The notes under the pieces were generated by a model. It was not told the origin of the DNA. It was given only the letters and a program-made list of their open reading frames with translations, and made no database searches. This document shows positions 27,926 to 37,967 of a DNA stretch of 64,000 bases, piece after piece. The position numbers were made by a program, and so were the translations under genes. Positions within the stretch are counted from its first letter, which is position 1; every line of letters begins with the position of its first letter. Origin of the DNA: Crocinitomicaceae bacterium (GTDB lineage Bacteria > Bacteroidota > Bacteroidia > Flavobacteriales_D > Crocinitomicaceae); contig JAQWKT010000013.1 of assembly GCA_029247685.1 (NCBI GenBank), forward strand, positions 10,048 to 74,047. The letters are read 5' to 3'.

Positions 27926-30415
27926 TCAATATCTATAGGCCTGCGTATTGTTTTTTACTTTTGGTCTAAAATCAACTTTGTAATAAAAGATAGGCAAAAA
28001 CCCAAGTTGTTGTTTTTCTGCAATAGGATCGGAAGAATCGTTAGGATCGAGCTTAGGTGCATAAACAAGGCTTAAAAGGTTTCGGTTGTTTGTCACATTA
28101 ACCAAATCTAGACCTATTTCATGTGTCATTTTATTTGCATTCATTCTCCATGAAATTTTAAGGTCTAATCGAAAATAATATTTGAATTGTCTTTCGTTAA
28201 AAGCAGAATCTGTAAAGATAATTTCGTTTAGCGCTTGCGTTTGTGCAACATCTGGATATCCATATCTTTTTCCTCCTGCAACAGTGGATTTTAAGCCCAG
28301 ACCTATAATTTGTTTTTTTCCTACTTTGAATTCTTTTCCAACCAATAGGTTTGCTACATAATTGCCGTTAAAAGAAGTGTTGCGTTCTATGCCATCGCTT
28401 CCAACGTATTTAGATTCATAAAGCGTTCCCGAAAACATAAAAAAGTAAGATTTATCAAAGAATTTTTGAACGGTTAACTCTACGCCATAATTTGTTCCCG
28501 TTCCGGTGTTTTGAAGAGAATCAGGGAAAATACGAGAAAATCCACTCCCCATATTTATTAAAGAAAAAGAGGAAGGGTTAATGGTAACAGGGATGTTATA
28601 CAAATGCTGATAATACGCCTCTGTTCGAACGCTTATTCCTTGTTTTAGAAAGAATTTTTCGTACCCAGCACCTGTATGAATGCTTCGTATAAAATCCATG
28701 TTTTTATTATGGTATATTTTATTTCCATTATTGTCTAATAAATGATACGTATAGGTATAGTTTGGTTGAGTTTGACTATGCATACCAGCACCTGCAAAAA
28801 CAGATTGTCCATTACCAAATCGGTATTTCCACCCGAATCTTGGCTCTGCCACACTAATGCTATTGCTAAGTGAAAAGTATTGACTGTGTATACCTGCCGT
28901 AAAATCCATTTGATCATTGATTCTAAGCTTGTATTGTACAAAAGGCTGTACCAAAATAGATAGCCCGCTATAATCCCATCTTTTTGTAAAAGCGGAGGAA
29001 CTGTTAAATGTTGATCGAATTGAATCGTTTTGACTCATGTACATGCCTTCTGCATTAAACCCTAACTTAAGAATGTTTTTTTTATTTAGTTTGTGTTTTA
29101 TTCCAAGGTGTCCAATGAGTTTTGTTTTCATGAAATCGTATGCCATTAAATTAAAAGAGGAGTCCACAGAGATATTTATTTGTTGAGTTATTATATTTTG
29201 TTGAGTTATTTCATTTATGGTGTCCAGGCTACGGTGTAAATAGATATGATCTGTATGTTGTTCCTCAAATGAAACACCTATGGTTGCCGAAATAAATGTT
29301 TTTTCACTTAGAGGTTTTTTATAGTTTATTCCGCTTACCCCCATGGATGTTCCAAAAAGCTGATCTCTATCGGATTCTCCATATAATTCATCTGTAAGTT
29401 CGGTTTGATCCGAAATAAGAATATCAATTTTACTTTTTCCACCTATGCCAAACCAAGAGATCATGCCTCCGTTTTTAACTTTCCAATTAAATTTAAAAGC
29501 GCCATCTCCATATAAAGGAATAGCATCGGTTCCTATTTTTATACCTATGGCTTGAAAAATGCTTAAGGTAGAATATCTCCCCATTACTAGATAGCTTGAT
29601 TTACCCGATTTTGACATGGGGCCTTCTGCTAAAAACTCGGTGCCTAAAAACCCAAATTGACCAGTAAATTCATGCCGGTTATTGTTTCCATTTCGGAGCC
29701 TTAAATCAAAAACCCCAGAGGTGCTATTTCCATATTCTGCAGGAAAAGCACTCATAAAAAAATCCGAATTACTTAGTATTTTATTGTTTAAAATAGAAAC
29801 AGGGCCACCGGTACTTCCAGAGATGGCAAAATGAGAAGGATTCGGAATATCTATTCCTTCCACTCTCCAAACGACACTTAAAGGAGAATTTCCTCGAATG
29901 ACAATATCGTTTCTAGAGTCATCCGAACCTTGAACTCCTGCAAAATTAGAAGCCATTCTTGCCGGGTCCATCCGAGAACCAGGATATCTATTGGTTTCTT
30001 CTACACTAAACTGTTGCGCTGAAAGCACAGCCATTTCATTTAGCACGGCCCCTTTTCTTCTTGCCGCAATAGTTACCTCTTCTTGTTCCTGAATCATTTC
30101 GGTCATTGGAAGATCAATGATTAACTCTTTCCCTGAAGAAACCTCTATTACTTGCCCTGCCTCATCAAACATGCTTAATTTTGCGGTAAGTTGATGTTTT
30201 CCTATAGGAACATTTTTTATTGTAAAAGATCCGTCTCCCTTTGATGCCGTAATTAATCTAATTGTGCTATCGCCAGTAAAAACTTGAACACGAACTCCAG
30301 TTAACGGAAAATTCGTTTCGCTTTCATAAATGTTTCCTCTAACCGTTTGTAGTGGCTGTGACAATAACAAAAAATAGGAGGTTATAAATAGTATAGATAA
30401 AAGAGAGCTTCTCAT
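27926..30415 (-). CDS. TonB-dependent-receptor-like outer membrane protein with an N-terminal carboxypeptidase-regulatory-like domain
   Basis: The signal peptide begins at MRSSLLSILF. There is a CarboxypepD_reg-like segment VRGNIYESETNFPLTGVRVQVF and a plug-like IVIRGNSP. A long beta-barrel ends in an aromatic Y. Confidence 0.75.
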   Translation of the reverse strand: MRSSLLSILFITSYFLLLSQPLQTVRGNIYESETNFPLTGVRVQVFTGDSTIRLITASKGDGSFTIKNVPIGKHQLTAKLSMFDEAGQVIEVSSGKELIIDLPMTEMIQEQEEVTIAARRKGAVLNEMAVLSAQQFSVEETNRYPGSRMDPARMASNFAGVQGSDDSRNDIVIRGNSPLSVVWRVEGIDIPNPSHFAISGSTGGPVSILNNKILSNSDFFMSAFPAEYGNSTSGVFDLRLRNGNNNRHEFTGQFGFLGTEFLAEGPMSKSGKSSYLVMGRYSTLSIFQAIGIKIGTDAIPLYGDGAFKFNWKVKNGGMISWFGIGGKSKIDILISDQTELTDELYGESDRDQLFGTSMGVSGINYKKPLSEKTFISATIGVSFEEQHTDHIYLHRSLDTINEITQQNIITQQINISVDSSFNLMAYDFMKTKLIGHLGIKHKLNKKNILKLGFNAEGMYMSQNDSIRSTFNSSSAFTKRWDYSGLSILVQPFVQYKLRINDQMDFTAGIHSQYFSLSNSISVAEPRFGWKYRFGNGQSVFAGAGMHSQTQPNYTYTYHLLDNNGNKIYHNKNMDFIRSIHTGAGYEKFFLKQGISVRTEAYYQHLYNIPVTINPSSFSLINMGSGFSRIFPDSLQNTGTGTNYGVELTVQKFFDKSYFFMFSGTLYESKYVGSDGIERNTSFNGNYVANLLVGKEFKVGKKQIIGLGLKSTVAGGKRYGYPDVAQTQALNEIIFTDSAFNERQFKYYFRLDLKISWRMNANKMTHEIGLDLVNVTNNRNLLSLVYAPKLDPNDSSDPIAEKQQLGFLPIFYYKVDFRPKVKNNTQAYRY

Positions 30416-30493
30416 AAAAAGAATTTTAATAAAAATAGAAACAATAAAAAAGCCACCAAGAGGTGGCTCTAATAACATATGATAGTCTAATTG

Positions 30494-32920
30494 TTAAAAA
30501 CTATCTTCTTCAGGTACTTCAATTTCATCATCCGCTTTTTTTGCTCGATCTTTAATTTCGTTCTCAAAGCTATCATTCATTTTTGAATCTGATGAATTGA
30601 AAGAAGAAAAGTGATATGGAGTTGGGAAAAACTCTTTTGTTACAGTAATAACAGAGTCTTGGTTGTAAACCTTTGCCGGGTATTTATCTAAAACATGTTT
30701 CTCCGACTCTGCATTCCAAGGAGAACCTTTTTTATCCCACTGTCCATGACTATCCCCTAAAATAGGAGCAATAACTAATCCAATTAAACAGGTTAGTTTA
30801 ATAAGAATGTTCATAGAAGGTCCGGAAGTATCCTTAAATGGATCTCCAACGGTGTCTCCAGTAACGGCTGCTTTATGAGCATCAGAACCTTTGTAGGTCA
30901 TTTCCCCATTTATTTCAACTCATGCTTCAAAAGATTTTTTAGCATTATCCCATGCACCACCAGCATTGTTTTGGAAGATAGCCCAAAGAACTCCACTTAC
31001 CGTAACACCAGCCATATACCCTCCAAGCATTTCAGCAATAATCATGTTGTTTTCAGGGTAAATTATTTTCCCAATTAACACAATAGCAATAGGAAATCCA
31101 ATGGTTAATAATCCTGGTAAAAGCATTTGCTTTAAAGAAGCTTTTGTAGAAATATCTACACACTTGTCGTATTCAGGTTTTCCTGTTCCTTCCATGATTC
31201 CAGGAATTTCTTTGAATTGTCTTCTTACTTCATAAACCATTTCCATTGCCGCTTTTCCAACAGCATTCATGGCCAATGCAGAAAAAACAACAGGAACCAT
31301 CCCACCAATAAATAGCATGGCTAAAACTGGTGCTTTAAAAATGTTTATTCCATCAATTCCGGTAAAAGTTACATAGGCAGCAAATAAAGCCAAAGAGGTT
31401 AAAGCTGCGGATGCAATAGCAAATCCTTTTCCTGTTGCAGCAGTAGTGTTACCAACAGAATCAAGGATGTCTGTTCTTGTTCTAACGATTGGTTCTTGTT
31501 CACTCATTTCTGCAATACCTCCTGCATTATCTGAAATAGGTCCAAATGCATCAATAGCCAATTGCATTGCGGTTGTTGCCATCATGGCAGAAGCAGCTAA
31601 AGCAACGCCATAAAACCCTGCAAAAGCATAAGAAGCCCAAATAGCAAAAGCAAACAATAAAACCGAAGAAAAGGTAGAAATCATTCCGGTAGCCAATCCA
31701 GCAATAATGTTTGTTCCAGCGCCAGTGGAAGACTGTTGAACGATTTTTAAGATTGGTTTTTTACCCAATCCAGTATAATATTCGGTAAAAGAAGAAATAG
31801 CAGCACCAACCACCAAACCAACAAGAGTAGCATAAAAAACACTCATAGAAGAAACCTCTTTAAGTCCTTCGCCAAAGAAAGTCATGTTCATAGTAGGTGG
31901 CAACATCCATTTAACCAATCCAAAACAAGCAACAGCAACCAAGATAATAGAAGTCCAGTTTCCAATATTTAAGGCTTTTTGTACTTCTGCCTCTTTTGCA
32001 TCATTAGATTTTATTTTGACTAATAAAGTTCCGATTATAGAAATTATAATCCCAACACCTGCAATTGCCATAGGTAAAAGAATTGGTCCAATCCCACCAA
32101 ACGCATCTTTAATCGATCCCCCCATGTCTTCAATAACATAATTACCTAAAACCATAGCAGCCAATACCGTTGCAACATAAGATCCAAACAAATCTGCACC
32201 CATTCCAGCAACATCTCCCACGTTGTCTCCTACATTGTCAGCAATAGTAGCTGGATTTCTTGGGTCATCTTCTGGAATTCCAGCCTCTACTTTTCCAACT
32301 AAATCAGCACCAACATCTGCTGCTTTTGTATAAATTCCACCACCAACTCTTGCAAATAAAGCAATAGACTCAGCTCCTAAAGAGAAACCTGCTAATGTTT
32401 CAAGAACAATAGTCATGTCATGCGTTGATGTCCATACGCCATTCATGAAATAATGGAAAAACAAAATAAAGAAAGCCGTTAATCCAAGAACCGCTAATCC
32501 AGCAACTCCAAGACCCATAACAGTTCCACCTCCAAATGCAACTTTTAGAGCATTTGGCAAACTTGTTTTAGCCGCTTGAGTGGTTCTAACATTAGTTTTG
32601 GTTGCTATTTTCATCCCCATGTTCCCCGCTAAAGCAGAAAAAATAGCACCGATAATAAATGCCACAATAATTAAATAGTGGGTTGTAGGAACGAGATAAG
32701 CGATTCCTGCTAGCAATAAACTTGCTCCAATCACAAACATTGTTAAAAGTCTATATTCGGCTTTCAAAAAAGCCAAAGCACCTTCATAAATATGGTCTGA
32801 AATTTCTTTCATTTTGCCGTCTCCGGCATCTTGCTTCATTACTTGAGCTTTCTTTATAAGCATGTAGATAAGGCCAAATAATGACAGTATAATAGGTAAA
32901 TAAATAGCGATAGATTCCAT
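30494..32920 (-). pseudogene. hppA: Membrane-integral pyrophosphatase (H+/Na+-translocating, K+-dependent type) interrupted by one in-frame TGA
   Basis: The N-terminal 666-aa part ends ..GGAWDNAKKSFEA-TGA. The 135-aa part continues in the same frame with ..[47 protein letters not shown] (Ala, not Lys) indicates the K+-dependent subfamily. Confidence 0.9.
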
Positions 32921-32965
32921 TTTTCTTTATTAAAGATTAATTAATTTCTTTTTTTTATAAGCCTG

Positions 32966-32973
32966 CAAAGATA
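32966..32973 (-). promoter_or_regulatory. -7 promoter box (TATCTTTG on the minus strand) for hppA
   Basis: Exact TAnnTTTG match, about 46 nt upstream of the ATG at 32920. Confidence 0.35.
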
Positions 32974-33046
32974 ACTTTTTATGTTAAAGTTTGCAAGAGT
33001 TTAATAACCCTTGCTTAAAAACAAAGCGTAAAGATTTAGTTTTGAT

Positions 33047-33054
33047 TATTTTTG
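33047..33054 (+). promoter_or_regulatory. -7 promoter box (TATTTTTG) for the pgi/pmi-lipB operon
   Basis: Exact TAnnTTTG match, 20 nt upstream of the ATG at 33075. Confidence 0.4.
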
Positions 33055-33074
33055 ACAAAATAAAAATAAAGTAA

Positions 33075-34061
33075 ATGCTTAAATTGATAGAAGATTTTCC
33101 TAGTCATATTATGGAAGGAATTCAAATTGCTAATGACTCAATCTTAACAAAGTCCTCTAATGAAATTAAGGATGTTGTTTTGTGTGGAATGGGAGGTTCT
33201 GGAATTGGAGCAAAAATAGTTTCGGATGTTCTACTTCAAGAAACGAGTTGTTCAATAACTACCGTAAATGACTATTTCCTTCCTGGTTTTGTTTCCAAAA
33301 ACACTTTAGTTGTTGCGTCTTCTTATTCTGGAAACACAGAAGAAACTTTACAATGTTTAGAAGAAGCAGCAAAAAAGGGAGCTAAAATTGTTTGCATATG
33401 TAGTGGAGGTAAAATGCAGCAGTTTTGTAAACAAAACGATTATAATGTAATAATAGTTCCAGGGGGAAGACCTCCAAGAAGCGCTTTAGCATATTCGATG
33501 GTGCAGATTATTCATGTTTTATTTTTTAACAAGATTATTACCTCAGATAAAAGCCACGAACTTCAAGAATCGATAGACCTTTTAAAGTCAGATATCTCTC
33601 AAATTAAGATTAAGGCACAAAAGTTATCTGAGTTTTTGTTTAAAAAAGTAGGCGTGTTTTATTCAGAGACTAAATTTGATGGTGTTTTGGTTAGAGCAAG
33701 GCAGCAGGTTAATGAAAATTCAAAGTTTTTAGCTTGGCACCACGTAATACCAGAGATGAATCATAATGAATTAGTTGGATGGGGAGGAGGAGATACCCGT
33801 TTTGCGCCTGTTTTTTTTGAAACAGAAGATGTATATAAAAGAAATGTTACTCGATTAGAAATAAGCAAATCTGCAATAAAAAAAATGGCAGAAGAAATAC
33901 ATGTGGTTAAATCAAAAGGCAACAGTTTATTGTCAAAAACAATGTATTTTATTCATTTAATAGATTGGACTTCTTATTATTTATGCGAACTAAATAAGGT
34001 CGATATTTTGGATATTTCAATAATAGATCATCTTAAATCCGAATTATCAAAGCTTAAGTAA
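33075..34061 (+). CDS. Bifunctional phosphoglucose/phosphomannose isomerase (SIS domain)
   Basis: LCGMGGSGIGAKIV and SYSGNTEET SIS motifs. The C-terminal half has PEMNHNELVGW, typical of the PGI/PMI family. Confidence 0.75.
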   Translation: MLKLIEDFPSHIMEGIQIANDSILTKSSNEIKDVVLCGMGGSGIGAKIVSDVLLQETSCSITTVNDYFLPGFVSKNTLVVASSYSGNTEETLQCLEEAAKKGAKIVCICSGGKMQQFCKQNDYNVIIVPGGRPPRSALAYSMVQIIHVLFFNKIITSDKSHELQESIDLLKSDISQIKIKAQKLSEFLFKKVGVFYSETKFDGVLVRARQQVNENSKFLAWHHVIPEMNHNELVGWGGGDTRFAPVFFETEDVYKRNVTRLEISKSAIKKMAEEIHVVKSKGNSLLSKTMYFIHLIDWTSYYLCELNKVDILDISIIDHLKSELSKLK

Positions 34062-34768
34062 TGAAACCAAAGGTTTATTGTCATTATCTTGATAAGATTG
34101 ATTATAAAAAAGGCTGTGAATACCAAGAGGTACTTTTTAACGAAGCGATTAGCAGAAAAAAAACAAGAAGAACAGAGGGAAGTGGTCCTCTTCCCGAAAA
34201 CCATTTAATTTTCTGTGAACATCCTCATGTATACACTTTAGGAAAAAGTGGAGACAGGGAAAACCTATTGATAGATAATGATGCACTAAAAGAAAAAGAG
34301 GCGGTTTTTTATAAAACAAACAGGGGGGGGGACATTACTTATCATGGTCCGGGTCAATTAGTGGTATACCCCATTTTTGATTTAGAACAATTCTTTACCG
34401 ACATTCATAAATACATGCGTTTTTTAGAAGAGTCGGTTATAAAAACATTAGAGGTTTATAATATAAAAGGGGAGAGAAGTCAAGGGTTAACTGGTGTTTG
34501 GATTCAACCTCAAGAACCTCACGCAAGAAAGATTTGTGCAATGGGAGTAAAAAGTTCTAGATGGGTAACAATGCACGGTATAGGGTTTAATATTCACCCA
34601 AATTTATCTTATTTTGAAAACATAATTCCTTGTGGAATTACTGATAAAAACGTAACTTCACTTTCGCAAGAGTTAGATAAAGAAATCACCACCAAAGAAG
34701 TAATTCCTGTTTTTTTAGAAAACATGGCGGAGCAGTTTAACTTTAAACCGATAACATTTAATAAATGA
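34061..34768 (+). CDS. lipB: Lipoyl(octanoyl) transferase
   Basis: RGGDITYHGPGQLVVYP and KICAMGV (catalytic Cys region). Length 235 aa. Confidence 0.92.
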   Translation: MKPKVYCHYLDKIDYKKGCEYQEVLFNEAISRKKTRRTEGSGPLPENHLIFCEHPHVYTLGKSGDRENLLIDNDALKEKEAVFYKTNRGGDITYHGPGQLVVYPIFDLEQFFTDIHKYMRFLEESVIKTLEVYNIKGERSQGLTGVWIQPQEPHARKICAMGVKSSRWVTMHGIGFNIHPNLSYFENIIPCGITDKNVTSLSQELDKEITTKEVIPVFLENMAEQFNFKPITFNK

Positions 34769-35970
34769 AAAAAATAAAAAAAGGACTTAAAATCTTTGGG
34801 TTTGTGATACTGGGCTTGTTTTTATTTTTAAATTTATTAATCGTTATATCAGGAAAATTCTATCTATATAGCGGTATAGCAAAAACATATTTAAGAGGAA
34901 AGTCGGGACCGACTATATATGATTTAGAGCTTTTTGAATACAATACCGTTAAAAAGTCCACCAAGCCATACGTTTGGAAAAACCACAAAAACAAAAACAA
35001 ATATTCCCTTAACAATAACGATTTAGCATATAATGAAAAGATAAAAACAAGAGCGTTTTTAGTATTTAGATCGGACACTATGTTGTATGAAAAGTATTGG
35101 AGTCCCCATAGTTTAAAGACTGTTTCCAATTCTTTTTCTGCTGCAAAGTCTGTTATTTCTATGTTGATAGGAATTGCTATAGAGGAAGGTAAAATAAAAA
35201 GCATAGAAGAACCAGCCTCAAATTATTTACCTGAATATAAGAAACGTGGCAGAGAAAAAATAACAATAAAAGATTTGTTGCTAATGGCTTCTGGTCTTGA
35301 TTGGAATGAAAGTGGCAAAAACCCATTATCTCATAATGCCGAGGGGTATTATGGTTACGATTTAAAAGGATTGATTTCAAGGTTGAATTTGGTTGAAAAA
35401 CCAGGGCAAAAGTTTGACTACCAAAGTGGAAACACACAGATTTTGGGCTTCATATTAGAGAAGGCTACAGGTAAAACCGTTACCTCTTATATGAAAGAAA
35501 AGATATGGAATCCATTGGGAGCAGGAAGTGATGCTTTTTGGAGTCTTGACAAAGAAGGTGGAGATGAAAAAGCGTTTTGTTGTTTGTATGCCACCGCAAG
35601 AGACTTTGCTTTATTAGGCAGGATTTTAATAAACAAGGGAAAGGTTGATGGGCATCAAATTGTTCCAGAGTGGTATATGGAAGAATTAATAAAAACGCCA
35701 TCCATTCAGACCTCTGAAGGAATTCCAAATAGACGATATGGTCTTCATACATGGGTTTATTACAACAAGGGGAACCCAGTTTATTATTGTCGTGGTTTAT
35801 TAGGTCAATATGTAATGGCGATACCCTCTAAAGATTTAATAATTGTTCGCTTGGGAGAAAAAAGAGATAAAAAAGTCGAAAAAACAACGGATAAAGACAA
35901 GGTCGGTCATACAGAAGACTTGTTTTATTTTATAAATCTTGCATCCAAAATTGCCTCTAAAATACAATGA
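34765..35970 (+). CDS. Serine hydrolase, beta-lactamase/PBP4*-like family, membrane anchored
   Basis: N-terminal TM helix, an SxxK motif (SAAKSV) and a class-C-like fold length. Confidence 0.7.
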   Translation: MKKIKKGLKIFGFVILGLFLFLNLLIVISGKFYLYSGIAKTYLRGKSGPTIYDLELFEYNTVKKSTKPYVWKNHKNKNKYSLNNNDLAYNEKIKTRAFLVFRSDTMLYEKYWSPHSLKTVSNSFSAAKSVISMLIGIAIEEGKIKSIEEPASNYLPEYKKRGREKITIKDLLLMASGLDWNESGKNPLSHNAEGYYGYDLKGLISRLNLVEKPGQKFDYQSGNTQILGFILEKATGKTVTSYMKEKIWNPLGAGSDAFWSLDKEGGDEKAFCCLYATARDFALLGRILINKGKVDGHQIVPEWYMEELIKTPSIQTSEGIPNRRYGLHTWVYYNKGNPVYYCRGLLGQYVMAIPSKDLIIVRLGEKRDKKVEKTTDKDKVGHTEDLFYFINLASKIASKIQ

Positions 35971-36377
35971 GAAAAGAGTTATTAGGGCCAAAGGTTGAAA
36001 ATGTTGGATTGGCAATTGCACAGGAAAAAAACAATTTAGGAGAGAAAGTATACTATGTTTACTTGATTAATCTTAGAGAAGACATTATGGAAGGGATTAT
36101 CGTTTGTAGCAAAGGCTATGGAGAAGACCCGAATCTTGGTGAGCCCATAAAAACTTCTATGTTAAGACATAGTTTAGAGGTTTTACTTCCAAACGAAGCC
36201 GCAAAAATAGAGCCGATAATGGAGGCTGTTTTTTCATTGTATAATGAATATTGGGTTACTTTTTGGGTTAATGATACCATGTATGACAAAAAGTTCATCT
36301 TTCCCCCAGAAATGATATACGAGTCCAATTTTAAATATTTAGAGATAATTAATAAAAAAGCAATAATGCTTCAATAG
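35967..36377 (+). CDS. Hypothetical protein
   Basis: 136-aa ORF that forms an ATGA overlap with the preceding gene. No recognisable motif. Confidence 0.45.
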   Translation: MRKELLGPKVENVGLAIAQEKNNLGEKVYYVYLINLREDIMEGIIVCSKGYGEDPNLGEPIKTSMLRHSLEVLLPNEAAKIEPIMEAVFSLYNEYWVTFWVNDTMYDKKFIFPPEMIYESNFKYLEIINKKAIMLQ

Positions 36378-36474
36378 CATTTATATTTTTTAATTGAAAA
36401 AAAGCTTTTTTAAAAGAAAAAACCTCAAATAGAGATACTCAAAATGTTGTTAATAAAACGGCATTAAATATTAT

Positions 36475-36505
36475 GTTTCTTTTGTTTTTAAAAGAAACTT
36501 TATTT
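36475..36505 (+). terminator. Candidate intrinsic terminator
   Basis: Perfect 9-bp stem GTTTCTTTT / AAAAGAAAC with a 6-nt loop, followed by TTTATTTAT. The stem is AU-rich. Confidence 0.4.
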
Positions 36506-36506
36506 A

Positions 36507-36514
36507 TAGTTTTG
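36507..36514 (+). promoter_or_regulatory. -7 promoter box (TAGTTTTG) for the small OMP gene
   Basis: Exact TAnnTTTG match, 37 nt upstream of the ATG at 36552. Confidence 0.35.
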
Positions 36515-36551
36515 CGTATCAAATCAATATAAAAATTTAAATATTTGAATT

Positions 36552-37169
36552 ATGAAAAAAATAATACTTTTTGCAGCTCTAATGATTGGAGCAAATAATG
36601 TTTCAGCTCAAGCGCTATCTCAAGGAACCATTCTTGTAGATGCATATTATGGATTTCCAAATCTGTACAAAACGATTTTAAGCACAGCTTATGCTGACTT
36701 AGGAGACAATTATAACGTTACAGGATACGGTCCTGTTGGAGTTAGGGGCGAGTACTTAATGTCAGAAAAAATAGGTATAGGAATTGATTTTGGAATGAAT
36801 TCTTTAGGTGTTTCTTATGATTATACTGGATCCACAATGGATACAGCAACCCAGGCTTATCCTAGTTATACGGATGAAATCAGCACCACGAAAATAGGTG
36901 TTATGGTAACCCTTAATTATCATATTGTTAATACGGACAAAGTAGATTTTTATTTTATTGCAGGAGCCGGATACAAAAACAGAAGTTGGAAATATGAATC
37001 TACCGATCCAGATTATGAATCAACAACAGTAAGTGGGACTTTAATCCCTGTTGCGGCAAGAATAGGTATTGGTACTAGATTTTGGTTTACTGATAATATC
37101 GGAGCAAATGTAGATTTAGGATTTGGACACAGCGGATTGTTAAACGCTGGACTTTCTTTTAAGTTCTAA
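36552..37169 (+). CDS. Small outer-membrane beta-barrel protein (porin/OmpA-beta-barrel-like)
   Basis: Signal peptide (..NNVSAQA), alternating beta-strand pattern and a terminal ..GLSFKF. Confidence 0.6.
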   Translation: MKKIILFAALMIGANNVSAQALSQGTILVDAYYGFPNLYKTILSTAYADLGDNYNVTGYGPVGVRGEYLMSEKIGIGIDFGMNSLGVSYDYTGSTMDTATQAYPSYTDEISTTKIGVMVTLNYHIVNTDKVDFYFIAGAGYKNRSWKYESTDPDYESTTVSGTLIPVAARIGIGTRFWFTDNIGANVDLGFGHSGLLNAGLSFKF

Positions 37170-37190
37170 TATTTACTATAACAATTTAAT

Positions 37191-37216
37191 AAAGCCGGAT
37201 TCGTCCGGCTTTTTTT
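37191..37216 (+). terminator. Rho-independent terminator
   Basis: AAAGCCGGA-TTCG-TCCGGCTTTTTTT immediately after the OMP gene. Confidence 0.85.
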
Positions 37217-37279
37217 GTACGATTTAGTTTTTTGGCACAAATCTTGAAATGTATTGAATATACCTAAAAACTTAAAACG

Positions 37280-37600
37280 ATGAAAAACGCTAAAAACACC
37301 ATTAAAAACACTCGGGTTCTAGATTACCTAGTTGCTTTAATTTTAATTCTAACTCTTTTTGGATTATTTCCAGAGTATTATCAAAAAACCAAGCCAACAC
37401 TTCTTATTGTAAGTGCTCTTGTTATTTTTGAATCGATAAAATTCACATCTATGATTTTTCGATATTTCTTTATAAAGAGGTACTTTAAAAAGGCAAAAAA
37501 TCAGCCTTTAATCTCGGAATATATTCCAGCAGATTTTGGGGCACATATCTCAAGTATTCAAAAAGAATATAACATGCAAATTAGAGGGCACTATCATTAA
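37280..37600 (+). CDS. Hypothetical small membrane protein
   Basis: 106 aa with two hydrophobic helices. No family recognised. Confidence 0.4.
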   Translation: MKNAKNTIKNTRVLDYLVALILILTLFGLFPEYYQKTKPTLLIVSALVIFESIKFTSMIFRYFFIKRYFKKAKNQPLISEYIPADFGAHISSIQKEYNMQIRGHYH

Positions 37601-37608
37601 GAGTGCCC
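37584..37608. terminator. Hairpin between convergent genes, possibly a bidirectional terminator
   Basis: AGGGCACT-(9 nt)-AGTGCCCT followed by TTT. It overlaps the stop codon of the 37280 gene. Confidence 0.5.
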
Positions 37609-37637
37609 TTTAATTAGAAAAATAAAATTGCTTTTAT

Positions 37638-37967
37638 TTAACCCTTAGGGTCTGCCCCATATTTATTTTCCCCTTTTTCTCCGTCAGTAAGAGCAAGGAT
37701 TAAATTATAAATAGGAATCAATAGAAACCATCCACTTTTACCAACATCATGCATTCTTCTAACTCCAACGGCAATTGAAGGGATAATAACGAATAAAGAA
37801 TAAATTGTTCCAAGTAAGCCAAAGGAGATTATTCCTCCAACAAAACCTAAAACAAAAGAGATAATTGCATTAAAAAGTACAAAGTACCAGTATTCGCTTC
37901 TTCTCGCTCTACCATTAAATGTTGCGTAATTTTTTAAAACATGTATGTAGTAATTAAACTGTTCCAT
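37638..37967 (-). CDS. DUF805 family inner-membrane protein (YhaH/YhaI-like)
   Basis: GRARRSEYWYF, RRMHDVGKSGW and a C-terminal G.KGENKYGADP. These are classic DUF805 motifs. Confidence 0.85.
   Translation of the reverse strand: MEQFNYYIHVLKNYATFNGRARRSEYWYFVLFNAIISFVLGFVGGIISFGLLGTIYSLFVIIPSIAVGVRRMHDVGKSGWFLLIPIYNLILALTDGEKGENKYGADPKG

Noticed and set aside
27926-27928. Genome-wide reassignment of TGA to glycine (genetic code 25), as an explanation for the two in-frame TGAs.
   Set aside because: TGA behaves as a genuine terminator elsewhere. The TonB-dependent receptor ends ..AYRY-TGA at the canonical terminal aromatic residue. Many ATGA stop/start overlaps (14715, 24967, 25755, 34765, 35967, 45852) precede genes with proper signal peptides or N-termini. 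Reading through, for example, the TGA at 24968-24970 would add a long unrelated tail.
30899-30922. Selenocysteine insertion at the hppA TGA, and likewise at 55018-55020.
   Set aside because: The aligned position is a structural Gly, not a redox Cys. Neither protein family is a known selenoprotein. I see no convincing SECIS-like hairpin immediately downstream, and no sel genes are in the window.
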